NCBI GenBank assembly: GCA_020850015.1
Contig: JADZFF010000181.1
Span: 4,939 to 68,938 of the forward strand
DNA: 64,000 nt
Origin: Bdellovibrionales bacterium
Lineage (GTDB): Bacteria; Bdellovibrionota; UBA1018; JADZFF01
Direction of reading: 5' to 3'
Numbering within the stretch: position 1 is the stretch's first letter; each line of letters opens with the position of its first letter. The notes below the pieces were generated by a model. That model was not told the DNA's origin. It saw nothing but the letters and a program-made list of their open reading frames with translations, and searched no databases. The translations under genes were made by a program, and so were the position numbers. This document shows positions 44,437-52,547 of the stretch, piece after piece.

Positions 44437-45675
44437 ATGCAGATTTTCACCTCGTGGGTTGTACCGGCGCTTCTGGGCATCTTCTGTCTTCCCGCTTTCG
44501 CGGGCGTCGCCCCGGCGTTCTCGACAAGGGACCTGGTGCTGGCCGACACGGACTCGGACTTCGGCGGCTACTACCTGGACATCGAGAGAACCGTGGAGCG
44601 ACTCCAGGTCTCGCGGCTCCAGGCCCATGAGATCCAGAAGCTCATGCGCGACGAGCTCGAGCTGCTCTCGGGCTCGCCCTCGGTGCTTGAGCAGGCGCCC
44701 TACCTCTCGCAGGCGCTGGCCAACTCCGTCGATGCGGTGGTGAGCCGCGGCGTCTCCCCGAGCGGCTACCGGCCGATGCGTTTCCGCCAGGGCGAGTTCG
44801 TGATCGTGTTCGATCTCGATGAGACGCTCCTCACGCACTGGTACCGCCACGGAAAAGGAGTAGGCATCAACCGCAAGGGAAGCCTCTCGCTCGCCGTGCG
44901 CGACGTGGTCCCGAGCTTCGTCGACCGCGCCACGGGCGACTCCCTGGATCAGCCGAAGCTCACGATCTCCGGTTCGATGGTTCAGCTGCGGCCGGGCATC
45001 GGACAGATGGCGAAGAGGCTGGCGGCGATTCCCGGGTTCCGCGGCTTTGTCCTCTTCACCGCGAAGGAGGACCGCTCGGCAGAGGCCCTCATCTCCGAGT
45101 GGCGCAAGCAAGACGCCAGCTTCTTCCGGCACGTGAAGGGCGTATTCGCCAGGAACCACCTGCGCATCGGCCAGGGGCTCAAGAAGCCGAGCAAGGATCT
45201 GCGGATCTTCGACGAGACGCTTCAGCACGCCCTACTGCTCGACGACAACGAGTCGCGCGTGATGCAGCAGGAGCTCTGCTTCGCCATCCCGAAATTCAAC
45301 GCCGACGCCTACCTCGATGCTTTGGGCCCCGATAAGCCCGCTTCCGCCGCCGCGGTCCTGGCTGCGAACACCGGGATCCTGCCTTACGCGGCCGCCGCGG
45401 TCGCCGCCTGCGCGAAAGCCTCGCGCGGAGGCGACGGAGCGGCTTCCATCGCCAGATGCTGGGCGGACGGCCTCGGAAACGCGGCGGGCACGCCGGATGC
45501 CGAGCTGAAAGCCTACGAGGCCCACCTGAAACGGCGGGGAGTGAGGCTCGATGGAATCGACCTCCATTCAGTGTTTCATCAGCCCTTCGAGTTCGAGTTC
45601 ACCCGCCCGCTCCAGGGAGTTTTCCCGAAATTCAAAGGGAGCAAGCGGGTTTCCGAGGTACCGGTGGGCGGCTGA
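44437..45675 (+). CDS. secreted FCP1/NIF-like HAD phosphatase domain protein
   Basis: Signal peptide VVPALLGIFCLPAFA. FVIVFDLDETLLTHWY (DxDxT), KPSKDLRIF and ALLLDDNESRV match the FCP1-homology phosphatase motifs. About 130-aa N-terminal and 120-aa C-terminal regions are unassigned. Confidence 0.65.
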   Translation: MQIFTSWVVPALLGIFCLPAFAGVAPAFSTRDLVLADTDSDFGGYYLDIERTVERLQVSRLQAHEIQKLMRDELELLSGSPSVLEQAPYLSQALANSVDAVVSRGVSPSGYRPMRFRQGEFVIVFDLDETLLTHWYRHGKGVGINRKGSLSLAVRDVVPSFVDRATGDSLDQPKLTISGSMVQLRPGIGQMAKRLAAIPGFRGFVLFTAKEDRSAEALISEWRKQDASFFRHVKGVFARNHLRIGQGLKKPSKDLRIFDETLQHALLLDDNESRVMQQELCFAIPKFNADAYLDALGPDKPASAAAVLAANTGILPYAAAAVAACAKASRGGDGAASIARCWADGLGNAAGTPDAELKAYEAHLKRRGVRLDGIDLHSVFHQPFEFEFTRPLQGVFPKFKGSKRVSEVPVGG

Positions 45676-45684
45676 GCGGGGCGC

Positions 45685-46503
45685 TCAGCCAAGCGCCATC
45701 TTCATGCAGAACACGGAGCCGCCGGACTTGATGAACTCGCCCGTTTCCACCTCCACCGGCTCGTAGCCCGCGGACCGCAGGGCTCGATTGAATCTTTCGT
45801 TCCCCGCCTGGACCACGACGTGCCTGCCGTCCGGGCAGTAGGCGTTACCCGCGAAACCCTCCTTCGCCTCCCGGAAGTCCAATGGGATCAACCGCGTGAA
45901 GGCGCCCCGGATCGCGGCGGCGCTCTCGGCATCGAAGGCCTCCTCCACCCATGCCGCCTCGCCCTCTCGGAGGAGGCAGAGGCAGGTGTCGAGGTGGTAG
46001 AAATGCTCGCTGATCAGGCGCACGCTCAAGGTTTCGATCCCTTGCTCGGAGCCCAGGATCCGGTACACCTCGGCGCTCGTGCGGAAACCGAATCCCCCGA
46101 TCAGCCGCTTGCCGGGCTGTAGCCAGAGGGCGTCGCCCATGCCCTCGAAATCCATCTCTCGCGCGGCGAATGTATCGTGGACCCGATATCCCTCTTTCTC
46201 ATACCAGGCGCGGAAGATCGGAACCTCGGCCCGGCGCTCCGGGTGCGCCATCCTCGAGAGAATTACCTCCCGGCCCCATGGCAATCCGTGGTTGGCGCTG
46301 AACACCATGTCGGGCAGGCCGGGGGCGCCGGGAATCACCTCCACCTCCACTCCGATCCCCCGAAAAACCTCCAGAAGCCGGCTCCACTGCTGAACGGCGC
46401 GGGAACGGTCGACTCTCTGGAGCGACCCATCCGCCGCCAGCATGTGGGGATTGATTCCATAGGTCACGTCGAAATGTTCTGGGCTGACCATGAGCAGGCG
46501 CAT
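45685..46503 (-). CDS. amidinotransferase-fold protein (DDAH / arginine deiminase-related family)
   Basis: MRLLMVSPEHFDVTYGINPHM, HLDTCLCLL and C-terminal GGSVFCMKMAL (catalytic Cys context). Confidence 0.75.
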   Translation of the reverse strand: MRLLMVSPEHFDVTYGINPHMLAADGSLQRVDRSRAVQQWSRLLEVFRGIGVEVEVIPGAPGLPDMVFSANHGLPWGREVILSRMAHPERRAEVPIFRAWYEKEGYRVHDTFAAREMDFEGMGDALWLQPGKRLIGGFGFRTSAEVYRILGSEQGIETLSVRLISEHFYHLDTCLCLLREGEAAWVEEAFDAESAAAIRGAFTRLIPLDFREAKEGFAGNAYCPDGRHVVVQAGNERFNRALRSAGYEPVEVETGEFIKSGGSVFCMKMALG

Positions 46504-46569
46504 GAAGCGGCTTATCGCGCCGATTCCGCGTCTTGTCCAGGCAGGGGAGCATGGTACATTCCAGCGGAC

Positions 46570-47787
46570 ATGCCCCTGCTCACGAGCCTCCTCATCCTCA
46601 TCGTCGCGGCCCGGCTGCTGGGCCAGGTCATGATCAGGCTGGGGCAGCCCGCGCTCGTGGGAGAGATGCTCGCGGGGGTTCTGCTCGGGCCCGCCGTCCT
46701 GAACCTGGTCAGCCCCAACGAGGCGCTCTCCGGCATCACGGAGCTGGCCGTGTTCCTAGTCATCCTTTCGGCCGGCCTCGAGATGGACGTGAAAGACCTG
46801 GTGGACGCCTGGAGATCCCGGGGCCTTGTCCTCGCCGCGCTCTCCTTCCTGATCCCGCTCCTCGCGGGGATCGCCATCGGCGTGATCTACCGAATGGACG
46901 TGATGCGAACCGTGTTCCTCGGCGTTTGCATCTCGATCACGGCGCTGCCCGTGGCGGTGCGAATCCTCGAGAGCTTCAAGCAGCTCCACACTCCCATCGC
47001 AAAGTTCGCGATAGGAACGGCCATCCTCAACGACGTGGCGGCGCTCCTTGTGCTGGGCGTGATGCTCAACCTCCCCGAGCAGCGCTCGTTCAAGGCCATC
47101 GCAGGCTCCGTTGGCGTCGTGGGCGGAAAGTTTCTCCTTCTCGCGGGCCTGATCGTCGGGATCGGCCGTCTGCTCGAGCACGTGTCCGACCGTGGGATCA
47201 GCATCAAGGGGGCCATGGAACAGCTGGTGAAGCTCCTTGGAGCCGAGGCTCTGTTCGGCGTGGTCGTCATTTTCGTGCTCGTTTTCGGGTCGATCAGCGA
47301 GGTGCTGGGCTTTCACTTCGTGATCGGGGCCTTCTTCGGCGCGTTGCTGCTCAGCCGCGACTTCTTCACGGGCCCCCGCTTCGCTGACCTCCAGAAAACC
47401 CTGGGATCGATCACCGGCGGGTTTCTTGCTCCGCTGTTTTTCGCCACCATCGGGCTCGAGTTCAACCTGATCGCCATTCATTCCGTGGGGTTCATGGTTC
47501 TTGTCCTGGTCGTTTCCATCGTCACCAAGATGGCCGCGGGTTGGCTGGGTGGCCGATTCGCCGGCCTCAAGCCACGCGAGGCGCTCGCCCTGGGCGCGAT
47601 CCTCAACGGGCGCGGCGTGATGGAGCTCGTGGTGGCGAGCATCGCCTACGAGCGGGGGTTCATCGGGCAGGGGCTTTTCTCCACGCTCGTGCTCATGGGG
47701 CTTGTCACGACCCTGATTACGCCTTCGCTCTTCCGGCAGTTCTCCTGGATCAAGGCGCGGAGCCGAACCGATGGCCCGGCCCGATAG
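46570..47787 (+). CDS. cation:proton antiporter (CPA2, Kef/NapA-type)
   Basis: Start at MPLLTSLLILIVAARLLGQVMIRLGQPALVGEMLAGVLLGP, the canonical CPA2 N-terminus. 10 or more TM helices. The upstream part of track ORF 46177.. is antisense to the previous gene. Confidence 0.85.
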   Translation: MPLLTSLLILIVAARLLGQVMIRLGQPALVGEMLAGVLLGPAVLNLVSPNEALSGITELAVFLVILSAGLEMDVKDLVDAWRSRGLVLAALSFLIPLLAGIAIGVIYRMDVMRTVFLGVCISITALPVAVRILESFKQLHTPIAKFAIGTAILNDVAALLVLGVMLNLPEQRSFKAIAGSVGVVGGKFLLLAGLIVGIGRLLEHVSDRGISIKGAMEQLVKLLGAEALFGVVVIFVLVFGSISEVLGFHFVIGAFFGALLLSRDFFTGPRFADLQKTLGSITGGFLAPLFFATIGLEFNLIAIHSVGFMVLVLVVSIVTKMAAGWLGGRFAGLKPREALALGAILNGRGVMELVVASIAYERGFIGQGLFSTLVLMGLVTTLITPSLFRQFSWIKARSRTDGPAR

Positions 47788-49273
47788 GCTCTTCCACTGG
47801 ATCCTGGGGCTGACCTTCGCGGCCCGCCTCGGCCTCGCGGCCTGGCTTCCCATGACCGGAGATGAGGCTTACTACGTGGCCTGGGGCCGGCACCCTTCGC
47901 TCGGATACTATGATCAGCCGCCGATGGTGGGCTGGTGGCTGGCGGCGCTGCTCTGGGTTTCGGATGCGCGCGTTTGGCTCCGCCTGCCGGCGGTGCTCCT
48001 GCCGGTAGCGCTGGGCCTCGGCTTGCGGAAGCTGCTACCCCAGGCGAAATCAAACCTGGGCGCGAGCCTCTTTCTTCTTGCCCCCCTCCATGCTCTTCCG
48101 CCCCTGATCACCACGGATACGCCCTTGATCTTCTTCAGCGCGATCAGCTCCGCCCTGCTTCTCCGCGCGACCCGGGGAGCCGGGATGATGGCGTATGCCG
48201 GGGCGGGAGCGGCCCTCGGATTGGGGTTCCTTTCGAAGTACTTCGCGCTTCTCGTGCCCGCGGCATTCTTCGTCTGGTTGATCCTGGAGCGGAGACCGAG
48301 AAGGGACTGGGTCGGATTCGCGCTCATGCTGGTTTTCGCCCTGCCGGCGGCATGGATCCACCTTCATTGGAATTCCGAGAATTGCTGGGCGAACTTCTAC
48401 TTCAACCTCGTCAAGCGGCACGGCGGAGAGTCCTTTTCCGCCGTCACGTTCGGCACCTTCTGGGCCTACCAGGTCTACCTGGCCACTCCTTTCCTGCTTT
48501 ACCTCCTCGTCAGGAACCTGCGTGGCAAGGAGCCCGTGGAGATCGGGATCAAGAGAAGCCCCGAGCTCCGGCTGGTGAGTCAGTTTTTTCTCATACCCCT
48601 CTGCGCCTTCGCGCTTTCGGCTCTGAAATATCCTCAGGGCCTCCATTGGATGCTCGCGTTCTATCCCGCCTTCTATCTCTATCTGGGCTGGCGTCTGCCG
48701 GAGAAGGAACTCCGCCTGGGCATCAAGCTCATGGCCGCATTCCTTGCGATGCACCTCCTCCCACTCCTGGTCTACGTCCTCACGCCCGGCTCGGCCTGGG
48801 AGGGCACCCGCTACTGGAAAAGCAGGGTGCTCTTCCATCACGGAAACGAGGTGGCCGCTGCCGTGGAGGCCGCGATCCCTCAGGGCACTCCGCTTGCCAC
48901 GGACGGGTACACTCTGGCCTCCGTGCTCGGATACCACCTCGGACGGGACGTCGCGGTCCTGGGAACGGGCTCCCGCTTCGGCCGCCACGACGACTGGGTC
49001 ACCGATTTCGCGAAGCTCGAAGGAAAAACGATCGCCTACGTGGTCCGCGCGCGCCCGCCGGAAGGACGATGGTCGAAGTACTTCGAGTCGTCCGAGATCC
49101 GCGTTGTGACCGTGAGGGGCGTGGACTATTTTGTCCTGTTGGGCCACGGATTCAACTACGTCCTCTACCGGATCGAGGTTCTGGGCCGCATCCGCGCGCG
49201 CTACTACGCGCTCCCTCCGAAGTACGCGGCTACAGGCTGCCCGTTCGCGGAAAAGTACTTCGAGGCCGATTGA
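47771..49273 (+). CDS. glycosyltransferase family 39 (ArnT/PMT-like) membrane protein
   Basis: LPMTGDEAYYVAWGRHPSLGYYDQPPMVGW is the GT39 DE-loop signature. Polytopic N-terminal half and soluble C-terminal domain. Confidence 0.8.
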   Translation: MARPDRLFHWILGLTFAARLGLAAWLPMTGDEAYYVAWGRHPSLGYYDQPPMVGWWLAALLWVSDARVWLRLPAVLLPVALGLGLRKLLPQAKSNLGASLFLLAPLHALPPLITTDTPLIFFSAISSALLLRATRGAGMMAYAGAGAALGLGFLSKYFALLVPAAFFVWLILERRPRRDWVGFALMLVFALPAAWIHLHWNSENCWANFYFNLVKRHGGESFSAVTFGTFWAYQVYLATPFLLYLLVRNLRGKEPVEIGIKRSPELRLVSQFFLIPLCAFALSALKYPQGLHWMLAFYPAFYLYLGWRLPEKELRLGIKLMAAFLAMHLLPLLVYVLTPGSAWEGTRYWKSRVLFHHGNEVAAAVEAAIPQGTPLATDGYTLASVLGYHLGRDVAVLGTGSRFGRHDDWVTDFAKLEGKTIAYVVRARPPEGRWSKYFESSEIRVVTVRGVDYFVLLGHGFNYVLYRIEVLGRIRARYYALPPKYAATGCPFAEKYFEAD

Positions 49274-49419
49274 AGCCTCGATCAGCGGCATGGCGATTTC
49301 GAATCCAGGCCCTTCGCGGATAAGTGGCCATTACTACGGACTTTTTTGAATGCCCGTGTCTTTTTTGGCGCATTTATTCACGTCTCGGCTCCCGGTAGAC
49401 TCTTTGAGATGGGGGCCGG

Positions 49420-50433
49420 GTGAACATTGGGAATGTGAAGCTCTTTCCGGCTGCCTTGAGCATTCTGCTCCTCACGACGCCAGGATTCGGCGAAGAGTGC
49501 CCTCATCCGCCGCGGGGGCTGCCGGAGGTGCTCGCGCTCGCCGGCACCGCGAAGCAAGCCGCGGACTCTGTTCCGCCTTCCACGCCCCTCCCCAGCTGCA
49601 CGCAGCGCCTGGCGCAGGCCTGCTCTCGGCTCTCGTCGGCTCCCGCCGGCATCATCAGCCGCAACCCCTCCGGTCTGGTTCGCCTCAACCCCACCACCCT
49701 GACGCGCGACCTCCCCGCGGACGCGCGAGCCCTCCTTGAGGTCGCCAACATCAATCCCGGGAACTTCAACATGGGCATCGTGCCGCTTTTCGAGCGGCTT
49801 CGCTCCACCCTAACCGCGAGAGTGGGCGCGATGCCTGCGGACTCAGCCGTCCGCGGCGCCCTGCTCCTGCGTCTCAGCAAGCTGGACCTGCGGGTGGAGA
49901 ATTTCGAGAGGTGCACGAGGGAAACTCAACCTCCGATCGTGGCCCGGTACGCGGATGGCGCCGTTCTCATTTGCCCCATCATGACCCATTTCGATCCGAT
50001 CGAGATCGCAAGCATGCTGGCTCACGAGCTGGGACATGTGATCGATCTCTGTGATGAGGGTTATCCTCAGCCCCCCGTCACGGCGGGATTCCCTTTCGAG
50101 GCCATTCACGCCTGTGCCTCAAGAACCACCGCCGGCAACGCCGGTCTTCGGGCTGAGGGCTCCCCGCCCACCTGCGACCGCGACGGCGAGCTTTATGCGG
50201 ATTACATCGGAACGGCGCTCGTATCGGCCACGCTGAGGCCCTCGGAATTCTCGTCCGATCCCGTCGACGCGGCCATCCAGTTCGCGGGCTTCAGGCTTCT
50301 GAGCGCCTGCTATCCCTCCGGCACCTATGCCCACTTCGGCGGGCCGATCCTTCAGAGCGGGCTCGCTCAGCGCGCCCTCGCCTGCTCGGGCGTCGATATC
50401 CCCACGGCTTGCTCTGGCGTCGTTGAGCCCTAA
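49420..50433 (+). CDS. secreted Cys-rich zinc metallopeptidase-like protein (HExxH + ExxxD gluzincin core)
   Basis: Signal peptide, AHELGHVIDLC (codons at 50023-50037) and downstream GELYADYIGTAL, which resembles the M13-type GENIAD third-ligand motif. Paralogue of 60920..62422. Confidence 0.6.
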   Translation: MNIGNVKLFPAALSILLLTTPGFGEECPHPPRGLPEVLALAGTAKQAADSVPPSTPLPSCTQRLAQACSRLSSAPAGIISRNPSGLVRLNPTTLTRDLPADARALLEVANINPGNFNMGIVPLFERLRSTLTARVGAMPADSAVRGALLLRLSKLDLRVENFERCTRETQPPIVARYADGAVLICPIMTHFDPIEIASMLAHELGHVIDLCDEGYPQPPVTAGFPFEAIHACASRTTAGNAGLRAEGSPPTCDRDGELYADYIGTALVSATLRPSEFSSDPVDAAIQFAGFRLLSACYPSGTYAHFGGPILQSGLAQRALACSGVDIPTACSGVVEP

Positions 50434-50450
50434 CGCGTAGGGTTTGCGGC

Positions 50451-51122
50451 ATGAATCCAAGATATCTGGCCATGATCTCACTTCTGAGCGCACTGGGATT
50501 CCAGTCATGCCACTGCTCGAAGGGGCCTCCCTCGGAGGCCGCGCGCGATCTGTTCAGATCCTCCCGGGAATTCATGGCCAAAGAGGACTGGAAGGCGGCC
50601 CACGCCGCCCTGGATGAAATCATCCGAGCCTATCCCGATGCGCCTCTCACGCAAGAGGATGCCTACGACGTGGATCCGGGCGGAACCGAACCGATCACCT
50701 ACGCCGCGTGGGCGAAGGCGGATCTGCCCAGGGTGGAATGCGAGCTTGAGAGCTCGGCACGGAGGCTCCATCCTGATCCGGTGAAACTGGGTTCCGAGAT
50801 CGTGACGGCGGTATCCGCCCGGGACGAGGCGGCGCTTCGGGATCGCCTTTCATCCTGCGGCGTCCTCATCGGGCCCTGTTTCTCCGACGGAGACATCCTA
50901 CAGCCGGCCGCAACCGCGGAATTCTCGCTGAAGCTCGAGCGGGAATCCCCCCTCGTCGTGGAAAGATCCGAGAGCCACGGCGACAGACACAGCGTACTGA
51001 TCAATGGAGTCCGCGGACAGAAGCTGCTCATCAGGTTCAGCCGCAAGAAGGGCGGCTGGTCCTGGGACAGCCTGATCCTCTGCGACCCGAAACTCGCCGT
51101 GGGGGACTGGTGGAAGGAGTGA
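50451..51122 (+). CDS. putative lipoprotein, hypothetical
   Basis: MISLLSALGFQSC is lipobox-like. No family recognised. Confidence 0.5.
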   Translation: MNPRYLAMISLLSALGFQSCHCSKGPPSEAARDLFRSSREFMAKEDWKAAHAALDEIIRAYPDAPLTQEDAYDVDPGGTEPITYAAWAKADLPRVECELESSARRLHPDPVKLGSEIVTAVSARDEAALRDRLSSCGVLIGPCFSDGDILQPAATAEFSLKLERESPLVVERSESHGDRHSVLINGVRGQKLLIRFSRKKGGWSWDSLILCDPKLAVGDWWKE

Positions 51123-51129
51123 CGACCTC

Positions 51130-52485
51130 TCACCAGAAGGCGTAGGACATCCCCGCCGAGACGCCCCACATCGACATCTCGTTCGGGCCCTTCTGAAAAC
51201 GGATGCGGGAGAGGTCCAGCGTGGCGCGGGGGGCCCTCGGGCTCCTGAAGATGCCGATCGAGCCGCCGACGGACAGCTCGTTGTTTTCCAGTTGAAACAG
51301 ACGCAAGGCGTCGCTCACGACCGCGAGCTTCGCGTAGGCCGACCACGAGATCCCGCGAGCGGGCATGTGGCTGACCTGGATGAAGACCTGGGGCCCGCTG
51401 AGAGGGTAAACGCCGTACAGATCCGCCACGGTTTCCATGGCCCAGAAATACCATCCCCCAAGGAAGAACCACTCCGTTCCGCCAAGGTCGACCGGCAGCC
51501 GATATCCGAGTCGGCCGTTGAAGCCCAGCACCTGCGCAGTGGGAAGATGCTGGGGGGAGCTCGCGAGCGCGGCGATGTTTCCGAAAACAGTCACGTCCGC
51601 CGTGAGCAGCCGGGGAATGAGGTGATAGATCCCGGTGGCCTTGAGGGTAAGCATCAGCTCTTTCAACGACACGTCGACGGCAGTCTCGTCATAGGCGAGG
51701 TAGGTCAGCGCTACTCCGAAGTTCGCTCGCCAGCGCGGCTCCCGGGCCCGAGGCGAGTAGTTCAGGGCGTACCTCGCCTTCTTCTTCTGCTGGTCGAGCA
51801 CCCCCAGCACCCGGATCACGCGCTTCTGGCCCACCGTCACCGCCGGCCGGGAAAACCGAATGGAAACTCTGTGGGCGTCATCCATCGCCCCAACGGTATC
51901 GGGCACGCTCCAGGAGGAATCCTCGCTGGTGCGGATCTCCACGGCGATGCCGTCGTCTTCCTCGCGGCACCCGATCGCCACGTAGAGATGCTCCCCTGCG
52001 GCGCCCAACGCCTGAAGACTGAGCCGGTGACTGTCGCACTTCTCGTAGGCCACGACGGTGGGCACGGCCTTTTCCACGCGCAGGGCCAGGGCGATCCGGC
52101 GCTCGCCCTGCGCGGTCTTGAAGGAAGCATCGATCGTGGCGTGTCGGCCCGTCTGCTCCACGACCCACAACGCGTCCGCGCTCCCCTTTTCCTGCCTTCT
52201 CACCGACAGGATGCGGCCCAGGGTGCCGTTCGATCCCACGAGCTTGAATCCCTTAGGCACCCGAGTCTTGAATCGGGTTTCGAGAGCCACCTGATCGCCC
52301 CGCCGCACCCAGGCCGAGCTGATATCGCGCACCACGAGCACGAGCTTGCCCTTCTCGTTCGCAAGACCCACCTGGACCCTGGGCGCGGGGGTGGCCTCGA
52401 CCAGGAGCTTTTCCTCCTCCTGAGGTTTTTCCTCCGCCCGGGAGCCTGGGAGGAGCAGGGCCCAGATGATCAAAAGCGCCGTCAC
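51130..52485 (-). CDS. putative outer-membrane protein (N-terminal soluble domain plus C-terminal beta-barrel)
   Basis: Signal peptide LLIIWALLLPGSRA. C-terminal strand pattern ending GVSAGMSYAFW (aromatic terminus). No family recognised. Confidence 0.5.
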   Translation of the reverse strand: MTALLIIWALLLPGSRAEEKPQEEEKLLVEATPAPRVQVGLANEKGKLVLVVRDISSAWVRRGDQVALETRFKTRVPKGFKLVGSNGTLGRILSVRRQEKGSADALWVVEQTGRHATIDASFKTAQGERRIALALRVEKAVPTVVAYEKCDSHRLSLQALGAAGEHLYVAIGCREEDDGIAVEIRTSEDSSWSVPDTVGAMDDAHRVSIRFSRPAVTVGQKRVIRVLGVLDQQKKKARYALNYSPRAREPRWRANFGVALTYLAYDETAVDVSLKELMLTLKATGIYHLIPRLLTADVTVFGNIAALASSPQHLPTAQVLGFNGRLGYRLPVDLGGTEWFFLGGWYFWAMETVADLYGVYPLSGPQVFIQVSHMPARGISWSAYAKLAVVSDALRLFQLENNELSVGGSIGIFRSPRAPRATLDLSRIRFQKGPNEMSMWGVSAGMSYAFW

Positions 52486-52547
52486 AAGGTTCAGTGTGGA
52501 ACAGCGTCGGCCGGAAAAAAACGAAATATCGGCGCGGTCCGCGATCG

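Noticed and set aside
49274-49419. Rho-independent terminator or small RNA in the T-rich stretch after the GT39 gene (ggacttttttg, gtcttttttgg).
   Set aside because: I could not find a convincing GC-rich stem immediately preceding either T-run. It is probably just the AT-richer promoter region of the following gene.
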